Part shown: positions 39,182 through 48,783 of the stretch, in pieces | Position numbering within the stretch: position 1 is the first letter of the stretch | How the letters are laid out: the number at the start of each line of letters is the position of its first letter | Assembly (NCBI GenBank): GCA_964501355.1 | Contig: CAZCSM010000001.1 | Location: 10,873 to 74,872, forward strand | Length of the DNA stretch: 64,000 nucleotides | Reading direction: 5' to 3' | Source of the DNA: an uncultured Candidatus Saccharibacteria bacterium | GTDB taxonomy: Bacteria; Patescibacteriota; Dojkabacteria; CAZCSM01 | Notes under the pieces: model-generated | The model's input: the letters and a program-made list of their open reading frames with translations, nothing else | Databases searched by the model: none | What the model was told of the DNA's origin: nothing | Program-made: the position numbers and the translations under genes

Positions 39182-39696
39182 AGTACAACAATAAAAATTA
39201 AGCAATATATAAGAGAAAATATAAAGTTTATTATCAATACATATTCAGAACGCTTCATCCATTTAGTTTTTGTTTCTAAAGATTTAATATTTTCGTTATA
39301 TGCAACTTCTAAACTATCCGATATTTCTTTATCAATTTCATCAATGCTCTTGCTACTTTTATCAACAGCTCGTAGTTCCTTTGGACTATAACCAAAGCAA
39401 AAACTTCTCGACTTAATTGTTATAAAGAAACAAATTATGTTTGAGACTAAGGAAATAATTAGGAAAGAACTGATAATTTTGATAATTACTTCAGTACATC
39501 CTTCAAACTTAGGTAATGCTATTGCAAGAACCCCAAAAATTACAGCAACAAATATTGCCAAAATTGAAATGAATGTTTGAGATTTTGAGTCCATTGAATT
39601 AAAACTGTCTGCTTGATGTTGCAGGGCATGCTTAGATACGTCAATGTATCTAATAAGTACCTCATTTAGTGTTTTATGATTATTACTTGATTTCAT
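39178..39696 (-). CDS. 3-TM membrane protein, loosely Pycsar-effector (PycTM/DUF5706)-like
   Basis: MDSKSQ then TM1, TM2, soluble loop, N..SLETKTKW, TM3. Confidence 0.65.
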   Translation of the reverse strand: MKSSNNHKTLNEVLIRYIDVSKHALQHQADSFNSMDSKSQTFISILAIFVAVIFGVLAIALPKFEGCTEVIIKIISSFLIISLVSNIICFFITIKSRSFCFGYSPKELRAVDKSSKSIDEIDKEISDSLEVAYNENIKSLETKTKWMKRSEYVLIINFIFSLIYCLIFIVVL

Positions 39697-41206
39697 TTTT
39701 TAGTTCCTTTATTCCTAGAATAATTTCCTCTTCGAGTTTTTCAATTTTTTCCAAGATAACTTTCGGATCTTCATACTTTACCTCCTCATATTCCATCTCT
39801 TTATATCTGTTGATGCTTAAATCGAAATTATTATCTTCGATCTCATTTTTTTCTACATAAAAAAACTTACTTTTACGATTGTTATCTACTTGATCTTTTC
39901 GTGATTTCCATTTTGCGACAATATCAGGTAAGTCACTATTATTAAGTTTTGTCCTTTTATCATCAAGACTAAAACCATCAGACTGCATATCATAGAACCA
40001 CACTTTGTTTGTTTCGCCCCCTTTAACGAATATCAGTATTGCTGTACTTACTCCTGCATAGGGCTTAAAAACACCACTTGGCATCGAAATAACTCCTTGC
40101 AATTCACAATCGTTTAGAAGCATTTTACGAGCCATTTTATGAGCATTGCTTGATCCGAACAACACACCATCTGGGACAATAACACCTGCACGACCTCCGA
40201 CTTTTAGTGATTTGATAATTCTGTTGATAAAAAGTAACTCTGTTTTTGTCGTTGGTAATGATAATGATTCGTTAATGTCTCCTTTATCAATACTTCCTTT
40301 AAATGGGGGATTTGCCATTACTACATCGAAAGTATTATCTTCATCGTATTTTTTAGAGAGTGTATCTTTTTGTGATATATTGGGATTCGTTAATCCATGC
40401 ATCATTAGGTTCATTAAGCCGATTCTTACCATTGTTTCATCCATATCGTAACCATAGAATGTTTTTTCTTTAAGAAGTGTCCATTGTCTATCATCAGTTA
40501 ACATGTCTCCAAGTGTACCTCGAGTTAATCCATTTTCATCCTTTTGGAGATGCTCTTTGCTAGTGTAAGCGGTAAGTATATGTTGATAAGCTCCAAGTAA
40601 GAAGCCTCCTGTACCACAGGCAGGATCACAGATCGTATCACCAAGCTTAGGATCAACAAGTTCACAAATAAGCTGGATAATATGTCTAGGAGTTCTGAAT
40701 TGACCGAGTTTACCTGCACTGGTTATCTCTGATAATAAATATTCATATAAATCACCTTGTGTATCTTGAAAACCTTGTCCTTCTGACTCCTGTTTTGAAA
40801 TTTCATTAAATATTTCATCAATAATTCCCACAGCTTCAACAAGTAATGAGGGTTTTGAGATAATAAAAACTGCATTACTCATGTGTTTTGCAAATGAACT
40901 CCCTTCTTTTCCTAACGTCTTTAAAAATGGAAAAACTTTAGTTTGAACGTGTGTAAGCATTTCCCCACCTTCCATCTGTTTGAAATGACTCCATTTCATG
41001 AGTTCGTTTTCACCATCAAAGATTGATTTGTAACCTTCTCCAGTAAATTCAGCATCAAGTTGTTTCTTTTTATCTAGTTCGTCAAGACGTTTCATAAACA
41101 AAAGGTAGGAAATTTGTTCTATAGCAGAAAGGGGATTGCTGATTCCTCCTGACCAGAATTTATCCCAAAGTCGTGATACTTGTGATTTTATTGTTGTATT
41201 AAGCAT
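39683..41206 (-). CDS. hsdM: Type I R-M N6-adenine methyltransferase
   Basis: GQFRTPRHII, DPACGTGGFL, ANPPF, VPDGVLFG. Confidence 0.97.
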   Translation of the reverse strand: MLNTTIKSQVSRLWDKFWSGGISNPLSAIEQISYLLFMKRLDELDKKKQLDAEFTGEGYKSIFDGENELMKWSHFKQMEGGEMLTHVQTKVFPFLKTLGKEGSSFAKHMSNAVFIISKPSLLVEAVGIIDEIFNEISKQESEGQGFQDTQGDLYEYLLSEITSAGKLGQFRTPRHIIQLICELVDPKLGDTICDPACGTGGFLLGAYQHILTAYTSKEHLQKDENGLTRGTLGDMLTDDRQWTLLKEKTFYGYDMDETMVRIGLMNLMMHGLTNPNISQKDTLSKKYDEDNTFDVVMANPPFKGSIDKGDINESLSLPTTKTELLFINRIIKSLKVGGRAGVIVPDGVLFGSSNAHKMARKMLLNDCELQGVISMPSGVFKPYAGVSTAILIFVKGGETNKVWFYDMQSDGFSLDDKRTKLNNSDLPDIVAKWKSRKDQVDNNRKSKFFYVEKNEIEDNNFDLSINRYKEMEYEEVKYEDPKVILEKIEKLEEEIILGIKELKNEIK

Positions 41207-44018
41207 ATTGTAATAAATTTTGAGTTAAAACTAATATTTCATCACGAAGTTTTGGAGAAAATAATCCCAAAATTCCGTTTTCATGTATTTTTGTAAATGG
41301 CTCTTTTACTAAGTCTTTCTTTTCAAGTGTTCCATTTTCGATTATGTAATTCTGTAATGTTTGCAAAAACTGAATTTGCTTAACATTCATGTTGTTATGT
41401 TCTGCAATAAATTCAGCAAAAGCTTCACTAACCTTATCAGAGAACGTCACAAGGCTTCCAATACCCATAATGTACTTTATTAAATCAAGGAATTTCACTT
41501 TCCTTGCGTCATAGGCTTTTTGTAGATTCTCCTCTGTCGGATATGGTTCATATTCCCCTAATTTGTCTGACAGCTCTTCAATTTCTTCACCAGTAACTTG
41601 TTCTCCAAGTTTAATTTTTTTAAGTGTATCGTTTTCTTCCTCAAGCTTTTTAATTAATGTTTCAACTTTTTCTCGATACTTCTGAATTGTTAGTCTTTCG
41701 TGAGAAGGACCAAATTTAATATATTGCTTTTCAATAGTTGCATCCTTAAGATCAAGAAACGTTTGATCAGGTTTAATACCTTCTTCTCTATATTTCATAA
41801 GTGGAGCTACTTCTTCTGATAATTTGTCCAATGCCTCTTCATCAGCTTTCTGCAAATAATTATATTGCAGTACATCACCGATAATGTCAGCGTGTACAGC
41901 GACCTTTTCAATGGTCAAAGGTAAATCATCAACCATCTCAATAATTGCTTCTTCAAGTGTTTCTTTTTTCTTATCAAATTCAGGATTATTTGCTAATTTT
42001 AAAATAGAGTAATTCAGAATTTTTAATTCAAAGCTCATTGCCTTAAAATCTTCACCTGTTCGAGTTCGCATAAGTGGTGCTATTTCTTTTTGAAGGAATA
42101 GTATTTTGTCGTTGTCTATCTTTCGCCAAAAAGCATCATTTATCTTTTCAATTTTCCCTTTAGACTCAAGCACAACAACATTATTTTCTGGAAGTTTTGT
42201 AATATCGCTTTTAATTTTTTCAATAATCTTTTCAACTAATAAGTCATTTCCGATTTCTCTTGCGTAGTTTAATTTATCGATTCGGGTTTCAAATAACCTA
42301 ACTGGTATAGGTTTTGTTAATTTCTCGGTCTTACCCTTGGGATTCATCTGAAAATAATCAAAGTTGTCCCAACAATCCATAATCAGAAACTTATCTTTTT
42401 TAGTACACCATGCTTTGATTTTCTTTTGTTCAAGAAGTCTTGTTCCTCTGCCAATCATTTGCCAAAATTTGGTATATGAAAAGACAGGCTTTGCAAAGAC
42501 TAGATTTACAAGCTCCCTACAATCAATACCTGTATCAAGCATATCTACACTAATTGCGATTCTTGGAAAGTCATGATTTATAAACTGATCCAGCAGTCCA
42601 CCTTTACCATAAACCCTCGGATCATCTGAAACAATTACTTTTGCAATATTCCCTTTATGTTCTGGGTAAAGGTTGTTAAATACATCTTCAAGTCTTCGTG
42701 CATGCTTCATTGTCATAGCAAAGAAAATGGTTTTGCCAGGTAAAGTTCCGCTATCATCCTTGATACATTCCTCCATGAACTCTTGAACAATCAAGGCATT
42801 TGTACCTTTGTTTGTAACCTTCTTTTCAAGATCTGTCCCTTCAAAGTTAATTTCTTCTGGTTCTTGTCCGTCAGCAAGTAATTTCTTTTGTTCATCAACG
42901 GTTATGTTGTTTTTTCTAATTCCTTCTTTTTGAAATTTGGTTTTGATTTTGAATACTTCAAAATCTGATAAATAAGGAGGTTTATTGTTTATAGCTTCTT
43001 CATATGAATATGCATAGGTTGGAAGTCCATCATCACATTCAAATAAATGAAAAGTATTATGTTCAACAACATCTTTCGGGGTTGCAGTTAAACCTATTTG
43101 AATACAGTCAAAATAATCAAAAATGTTCTTATAGACATTATAAATCGACCTATGACTTTCATCTGCAACTATCAAATCAAAGAAATGTGGACTGAGTTTA
43201 CAATCTTTATTCTGAATAATATTCAGCATCGTTGGATAAGTCATTGCATAAACACGTCTATCAAGTGCAATCTCACTTTCACCAACTTTTGGATAGATTG
43301 GTGCATTTGGTAAAAACTCCTTAAATGCGTCAAGTGCCTGATTTCTAAGTGCTATTCTATCGACTAAAAACAATATTTTTTGAACACGATTAGTTCTCAT
43401 TAGGACATCAATCATTGCAACACATGTTCTAGTTTTACCCGTCCCTGTAGCCATAACAACTAATGCTTTCCTTTTACCTTTTTCAATCGATTCAAACACA
43501 CTTCGAATAGCTTCAATTTGATATGGTCTTCCTGATATATCACGATTAATAAGTTCATGTGACAAAGGTTTCTCATTCTTACGTAAAAACGCCAACCTTT
43601 CTAAATCTTGCTTTGTTGGAAAACCATAAACTTTTCGGGGTGGATATTTTTCTGTATCCCAAAAATAAATATCGTAACCGTTCGTGTAAAAGACAAAAGG
43701 CATTTCACCTCCTGTTGTTTCTTGAATCTTTTCTGCATATTGCTTTGCCTGTTCTTGCCCAATTCTTGCATCTTTAGAAGTCTTTTTCGCTTCAACAACC
43801 GCTATTGGTTTACCATCATCACCAAGCAGTGCATAATCTGCATATTGATGTCCGCTATATTCAGTAACATCTTTATCGGCAAGTCCTTCTGGTAATCCAA
43901 CCCAAATATCTAGTTCGGAGGTAACTTGAGAAGGATTATTTACATCCCATCCTGACTTTAATAATCTTTTATCAATTATTTGTTGTCGTGTTTGTGCTTC
44001 GTTATGTAATGTATTCAT
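41199..44018 (-). CDS. hsdR: Type I R-M restriction subunit (EcoAI/EcoEI-like)
   Basis: ADYAL..AVVEAKK nuclease, MATGTGKT, DESHR, GLTATP, QMIGRGTR. Confidence 0.96.
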   Translation of the reverse strand: MNTLHNEAQTRQQIIDKRLLKSGWDVNNPSQVTSELDIWVGLPEGLADKDVTEYSGHQYADYALLGDDGKPIAVVEAKKTSKDARIGQEQAKQYAEKIQETTGGEMPFVFYTNGYDIYFWDTEKYPPRKVYGFPTKQDLERLAFLRKNEKPLSHELINRDISGRPYQIEAIRSVFESIEKGKRKALVVMATGTGKTRTCVAMIDVLMRTNRVQKILFLVDRIALRNQALDAFKEFLPNAPIYPKVGESEIALDRRVYAMTYPTMLNIIQNKDCKLSPHFFDLIVADESHRSIYNVYKNIFDYFDCIQIGLTATPKDVVEHNTFHLFECDDGLPTYAYSYEEAINNKPPYLSDFEVFKIKTKFQKEGIRKNNITVDEQKKLLADGQEPEEINFEGTDLEKKVTNKGTNALIVQEFMEECIKDDSGTLPGKTIFFAMTMKHARRLEDVFNNLYPEHKGNIAKVIVSDDPRVYGKGGLLDQFINHDFPRIAISVDMLDTGIDCRELVNLVFAKPVFSYTKFWQMIGRGTRLLEQKKIKAWCTKKDKFLIMDCWDNFDYFQMNPKGKTEKLTKPIPVRLFETRIDKLNYAREIGNDLLVEKIIEKIKSDITKLPENNVVVLESKGKIEKINDAFWRKIDNDKILFLQKEIAPLMRTRTGEDFKAMSFELKILNYSILKLANNPEFDKKKETLEEAIIEMVDDLPLTIEKVAVHADIIGDVLQYNYLQKADEEALDKLSEEVAPLMKYREEGIKPDQTFLDLKDATIEKQYIKFGPSHERLTIQKYREKVETLIKKLEEENDTLKKIKLGEQVTGEEIEELSDKLGEYEPYPTEENLQKAYDARKVKFLDLIKYIMGIGSLVTFSDKVSEAFAEFIAEHNNMNVKQIQFLQTLQNYIIENGTLEKKDLVKEPFTKIHENGILGLFSPKLRDEILVLTQNLLQYA

Positions 44019-44020
44019 AG

Positions 44021-44242
44021 CTAATTTTGAGTTTGTTTAATCAAATAATCAATAGTAACAGCTAAAGCATTTGCTATCTTTTCAAGAGTTTTCATTCTCG
44101 GATTGTTAACCATCCCGCTTTCTATTTTCGCCAAAGTAGTGTATGGAATTCCTGCTTTAATTGCCAACTGTTCCTGAGTCAACTTTCTTTCTAGCCTTAC
44201 TTTTTGTATAGATTTACCTATTTCCGATATCTTCGTCATCAA
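44021..44242 (-). CDS. Xre-family HTH regulator heading the hsd operon
   Basis: LTQEQLAIKAGIPYTTLAKIESG..NPRMKTLEKIANAL. Confidence 0.9.
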   Translation of the reverse strand: MMTKISEIGKSIQKVRLERKLTQEQLAIKAGIPYTTLAKIESGMVNNPRMKTLEKIANALAVTIDYLIKQTQN

Positions 44243-44374
44243 GTATCTGCTAACAAAATAATATAGAAATATTTTACTCTCTTATGCTGAATATGTAAAA
44301 ACAAAAGCCAAATTCTTTGTCAAACTTTCTTAATGGCATATGAATAAAGAAAGTTTATCCACGCTAAAAACAAG

Positions 44375-44405
44375 AAAAGGCGGAAGTTTTTGACATCCGC
44401 CTTTT
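44375..44405. terminator. Intrinsic terminator after the DUF2958 cluster
   Basis: aaaaggcgga...tccgcctttt inverted repeat. Confidence 0.65.
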
Positions 44406-44410
44406 ACAAT

Positions 44411-44599
44411 TTAACTGCTATAATTCACTTGGCACTCTTCCGCAATCATATTTTCTACTTTTGTGAGTGGGAATAATATTTTTGCTCTGTTGAGTGCCTC
44501 TTTTTCACCTTTCGCATTTTCAATCAGTCCTATAAATGTTTTTTCATTTATTTCCTTGATTGTATTGTAAAGGGTATTGAGTATTAAGAAGTTTTTCAT
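44411..44599 (-). CDS. Small hypothetical protein
   Basis: 62 aa, 4-bp overlap with upstream gene, followed by terminator. Confidence 0.6.
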   Translation of the reverse strand: MKNFLILNTLYNTIKEINEKTFIGLIENAKGEKEALNRAKILFPLTKVENMIAEECQVNYSS

Positions 44600-44985
44600 T
44601 TTAATTCCTCCTGATAAAACTTATTTACACATTGAATTAATTCATTCCTTGCCTTTTCCCCGATAACATACTCAACATATTCTTTTGATTGATGTTTCAA
44701 GTAGTGGGCGTGGTCTTGTTCAATAAAGCCTGTTAGCTTGTACTGTGTATAGATAACAGTTGCTGTTAAATCCATTCCACAACCTGCTAGACCGCAGAAA
44801 AGTAGTCCGTCAACTTCAACTGGTATCATTCCGCACTCTCTGACTGTTTGGGCGTTTCGCTCTGTCCATTGTGTTTCATCAAAGCACCATAATGTATTCC
44901 ACATTACTTCTTCATCATCTTTCAATGTTTCCCAGTAATAAGGATTGATTTTTTTAATCCAATCAAGTGATAAAGTAGTAACCAT
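44596..44985 (-). CDS. Hypothetical protein (phage/plasmid-type)
   Basis: 129 aa; MWNTLW...GLAGCGMDLT motif. Confidence 0.7.
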   Translation of the reverse strand: MVTTLSLDWIKKINPYYWETLKDDEEVMWNTLWCFDETQWTERNAQTVRECGMIPVEVDGLLFCGLAGCGMDLTATVIYTQYKLTGFIEQDHAHYLKHQSKEYVEYVIGEKARNELIQCVNKFYQEELK

Positions 44986-45046
44986 TTTAAAATTTGTAAT
45001 AATTTATATTTGAAGGTTTAACCGTCCCATATTCAAAGGTTTTCTT

Positions 45047-45340
45047 TCAGTTCATTAGCTCTTTTAGTGTTTTAGGCTTGAAATACATATCTCTTTCAAT
45101 TGGCAGTCCTAAAGCACCTTTTACGCTTTGTAGCTCAGATAAACTGAAATATCCGAGTTCTTTTTCAAACCCATCAACTAATCCGAAGAATAAATCTTCT
45201 CCATCAAACTCTGTTGCATACCATGTCCAGTTACTATCAGGAGTAAAAAACTTAACTACTGCAACCGCTTCAAGTCCTTTTTCTTCCTGTGAGTAAAGCT
45301 TTGGCAACTTCTCAAGAATTTCTTTTGTTAGCAATTTCAT
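45047..45340 (-). CDS. DUF2958 family protein
   Basis: VVKFFTPDSNWTWYATEFD..FFGLVDG.EKELGYFSLSEL..GLPIERD. Confidence 0.9.
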   Translation of the reverse strand: MKLLTKEILEKLPKLYSQEEKGLEAVAVVKFFTPDSNWTWYATEFDGEDLFFGLVDGFEKELGYFSLSELQSVKGALGLPIERDMYFKPKTLKELMN

Positions 45341-45436
45341 ATAATTAAATGTAAAAACTTAAATATTTTATTCCTTACCTGTAGACCTCATTAGCTCAGC
45401 TCAATGGTTAGTAGTTTTCAGATAAGGCTATTCAAT

Positions 45437-45700
45437 TGTTAAAGAGCTTTCTTTTAAGTAAGAGTGTTTCCCTTTCTTAACTAGAAAAAAGCGAGCCAAA
45501 ACGACCGTAGGGAGTGACGGCAGTATAAAAAGACAGATTTGACAAGGAGGAATTCGAAGAAGCCAATCCTTGCAAACCCAGAGGGTAGCAAGCGAATCCC
45601 GCAAAGCGGGAGAAGCGAAGCTATCTAAGGATTTTTATGCTAGACTTTTCGAAAGAAAGGGAAATTTAATGAGTGTTTATGTTGCGAAGCAGACCTTATT
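45437..45700. promoter_or_regulatory. Large imperfect stem-loop (candidate ssDNA promoter / single-strand origin) with boxA-like sequence
   Basis: tttccctttctt (45467)/aagaaagggaaa (45653) 12-bp IR enclosing smaller hairpins; GCTCTTTAACA on minus strand at 45437-45447. Confidence 0.55.
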
Positions 45701-45821
45701 ATTTTGACTGTTTCTTTTTTACCAAGCTTTTTTATTTGCAGAGAGTACAAAGAAAAAAGCTTTAGGTGACTATTTATAAAGCTTTTAGTAAAATAGAGAT
45801 AATAAGTTAAGTGTTAAAAAT

Positions 45822-46475
45822 ATGAATACAAATTTGAAAGCAAATAAAATCTTATGTTTTGGTGATTCTAATACATGGGGCTATGTTCCCAAAACTGCGG
45901 AAAGGTATCCAAAAAACCTTCGATGGACAGGAATATTGCAAGCTAAACTAGGTGAAGATTATGAGATTATTGAGGAAGGTCTAAACAGCAGAACTACTGT
46001 CATTGATGATATAAAGCATATTGGAAAGAACGGCTTAACATATTTAGTTCCATGTCTTGAAACACACAACCCCATTGATATTATCATTTTGTTTCTAGGA
46101 ACAAATGATATGAAAGAACGATTTGATCGTACACCTGTTCAAATTGCTGAAGGGATCGAAACTTTATTGTCAAATATTAAAGATTTTGCAGTAAATACTG
46201 ATAGTAAAACTCCTGAAGTTATTCTAGTTTGCCCTACAATAATTGATGAAAGTGTTGACGGAGTTAAAGAAAAGTATCTTGGAGCTGAGGAAAAATCAAA
46301 ACAGTTGCCAAAATTGTACAAAAATATTTCATTAGAACATTCGATCGGATATTTAAATTTGCAGGACTATGCTACTCCTAGTAAAAAAGACGGATATCAT
46401 TTTGACCCTGAAACACATGAAATTGTTGCTAATAAGATTTATCAAAGAATTAATGAGATTTTCAATTATAATTAA
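45822..46475 (+). CDS. SGNH/GDSL hydrolase
   Basis: CFGDSNTWG, EEGLNSRTT, LGTND, DGYH. Confidence 0.93.
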   Translation: MNTNLKANKILCFGDSNTWGYVPKTAERYPKNLRWTGILQAKLGEDYEIIEEGLNSRTTVIDDIKHIGKNGLTYLVPCLETHNPIDIIILFLGTNDMKERFDRTPVQIAEGIETLLSNIKDFAVNTDSKTPEVILVCPTIIDESVDGVKEKYLGAEEKSKQLPKLYKNISLEHSIGYLNLQDYATPSKKDGYHFDPETHEIVANKIYQRINEIFNYN

Positions 46476-46481
46476 TTCCCA

Positions 46482-47231
46482 ATGGAACGAATCATATTAA
46501 AATCGAAGAATAATGAGTCTATACCGCTCTTAATAGCTAAAAAAACAAAAAATAGAATTGCAGTTTTTGTTTCTGGATCTGGTGATGTTAAAGATTCTTT
46601 TCTACCTATCGCTAAACTTTTACTAGATGATACTAAAACTTCACTCCTGAGCTTTTCATTCAGGGGTAGAGAGACAGGCAAATACTACTCTCCCGAACAG
46701 CAAATATTTGATCTTGAAGAAGTCGTTGAATATTTAAAAAAGGAAGGATATAAGAAAATATCATTGATACCAACAAGTATGGGATTCATTTCTGTTGCGA
46801 CAATACTTTCTAAGGATAAGTATTCAGAACTTTGGGGCAACATCTTAATGTTAGATCCTGCTGATTATCCAATTGATCACTCCAGAGGTACTTGGTCTGG
46901 AAACGAGGAATTCAGGACGAACATTGAGCTTTATAGTAATAAGTTAAAATTTATTTATGGTAGCTTTAAAATTTCAGTGATTTTCTTTGGTCTTAGAAAT
47001 TATAATGATAGTTATAAAGACATAACAAATGAAGCAAGAGGTATTGATGATACAACGAAATTTTCTAGGTTAAGTAAAGAAATGAGTACAAATATTTGGA
47101 ATCTAATACCTCAGGAAAATAAAGGAGATTTTATAACTGATAGAAAGTTGCCACATGCTTTTTCAAGAGATGGTGATCCTGTTCAAAATCATAAATTAAT
47201 TGCCAATTATTTTCGCAAATATATTTTATAG
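46482..47231 (+). CDS. Alpha/beta hydrolase-fold protein
   Basis: FSFRGRE, PTSMGF nucleophile-elbow-like, MLDPA, PHAF. Confidence 0.65.
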   Translation: MERIILKSKNNESIPLLIAKKTKNRIAVFVSGSGDVKDSFLPIAKLLLDDTKTSLLSFSFRGRETGKYYSPEQQIFDLEEVVEYLKKEGYKKISLIPTSMGFISVATILSKDKYSELWGNILMLDPADYPIDHSRGTWSGNEEFRTNIELYSNKLKFIYGSFKISVIFFGLRNYNDSYKDITNEARGIDDTTKFSRLSKEMSTNIWNLIPQENKGDFITDRKLPHAFSRDGDPVQNHKLIANYFRKYIL

Positions 47232-47237
47232 CAATAT

Positions 47238-47777
47238 CTATTTACTTAGACTTAATATCACAAATATTCTTTGTTTGCTGGACATGAATTTGCACGTATA
47301 GATTATTGTTTTACCGCTTAGGCTTGGATTATTATCACTATCAATTATCGAATCAACTTTATACTCGTATTTCTCTCCATTCCAAATAATATAAACATTA
47401 TCACCCTCTTTAAGCTTATCAACATGATAAAGCGTTTGTTTCATTTTTTGGTCTGGTGATAAAGTTGACCATCCGAAACGATGGATTGCAATCAGGTTAG
47501 GGAGATCGTTTGAATCAAATCTTTGCACCCATCCGCCACTATCTAGATTACTTTTGTCAGTACCTATGATCATGTCCACTCCGATTGATGGGATTACCAA
47601 CTTGTTTGCAGTATATACTTCTTGTTTCTCAATTTGTTCAATAACAGCTTTTTCATCAGGTTTATCAATCCTATATTTGATTTCAGGAGAATAAACTTGA
47701 TACAGAATATAAAGTCCTGCAAGTATTCCTAATACTGCTAGGATAAGGATAATTTGTTTAATAATTGTCTTGACCAT
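47238..47777 (-). CDS. Sortase family protein
   Basis: N-terminal TM; LVIPSIGVD, IAIHR (His), KLKEGD.VYI..YEYKV, IYTC (Cys), QRIFV (Arg). Confidence 0.85.
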   Translation of the reverse strand: MVKTIIKQIILILAVLGILAGLYILYQVYSPEIKYRIDKPDEKAVIEQIEKQEVYTANKLVIPSIGVDMIIGTDKSNLDSGGWVQRFDSNDLPNLIAIHRFGWSTLSPDQKMKQTLYHVDKLKEGDNVYIIWNGEKYEYKVDSIIDSDNNPSLSGKTIIYTCKFMSSKQRIFVILSLSK

Positions 47778-48637
47778 CTGTCTGTTAGTTTTGAAATAAT
47801 AAATTCGGTATTAAGAAATTCCTTAATCTTGTCTCCTGATATACTTTTTACGTTTTCAGCAATTCCTATACCTTTCAGAAGAACATTATTTGATTTAGCA
47901 AATAAACTTCTATCTGATAATGCCTTATCAAAAGTAAAATCATCACTTGCAGTAAGATTACTCATTTGTTCTTCTGACCTTTCTGTTAAGAAAAGAATTG
48001 AGGGAAATGTTTCAAAGTAATTACTCCAATTCCCATAAGCATAATATTCAAAATACCTCATAAACTTCCTTGATAACTGTTCTTTGTCCATATTTCCAGT
48101 ATCGTATTCAAGGAAGAACTCAAATACTCCATTATCCTTTTTGATTTTGAAGTACGAATCAGGGGATAGGATATGCCTGATTGTTTTACCACTTCTTGAT
48201 GATTTGAAAGAGTGTTGATAGAAAGCCTTCTGATCTCCATGCCATTTAATAAGCTTTAAATGAGGGTAATTGGGAAGTTCACATAAAAATTGGTCGTAAA
48301 GTTCAGCGATTTTGACTGTATGCTCAAGCATTGCAAACTGCACTTTCATACCCTCATTAGGAATCCCAATTTCTTTCGAATCAACACCTCTTGCACTTGC
48401 TAAAATATCAGCACCAGTCCTAGTTAAATAAACAACCTTCCAATTATTGCCATAATAAAATGATTTAATATACCCCCTATTCTCAAGCACATTAATTATC
48501 CTGCTAATATTCTGCCTAAAAGCATACAAATTCTCCCTCTTTGCAATTTTTACTAAAACCTTTAATGGTAAGTACCTAAATGAATGTACTATGTCTAGTA
48601 TCTCTATTTGATTGTAAGTTATTCTCATATTTTTCAT
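47738..48637 (-). CDS. Replication-relaxation family (MOBC-like) relaxase
   Basis: N-terminal wHTH, VYLTRTG, LEHTVKI, PDSYF...FFLEYDTG......KF.RY. Confidence 0.85.
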   Translation of the reverse strand: MKNMRITYNQIEILDIVHSFRYLPLKVLVKIAKRENLYAFRQNISRIINVLENRGYIKSFYYGNNWKVVYLTRTGADILASARGVDSKEIGIPNEGMKVQFAMLEHTVKIAELYDQFLCELPNYPHLKLIKWHGDQKAFYQHSFKSSRSGKTIRHILSPDSYFKIKKDNGVFEFFLEYDTGNMDKEQLSRKFMRYFEYYAYGNWSNYFETFPSILFLTERSEEQMSNLTASDDFTFDKALSDRSLFAKSNNVLLKGIGIAENVKSISGDKIKEFLNTEFIISKLTDRWSRQLLNKLSLS

Positions 48638-48650
48638 AGTTTGATTACTG

Positions 48651-48783
48651 TTCCGCCCGCCGATTCAATCCATCGGATTAGATTAACCAGTACACACACA
48701 GTTAATCGTAGTCGAGGGAGTGATTGGGTGGAGTCCGAAGGAGTCCACCCAATCACTCATCACCGAGACTGAATCAGGCGGAA
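48651..48783. promoter_or_regulatory. Nested inverted repeats, candidate oriT
   Basis: Perfect 15-bp IR gagtgattgggtgga (48718)/tccacccaatcactc (48744); outer ttccgcc..gattca / tgaatc.ggcggaa; directly upstream of relaxase. Confidence 0.5.

Noticed and set aside
39178-39696. Complete Pycsar system
   Set aside because: No pyrimidine cyclase gene in the window; resemblance is topological only
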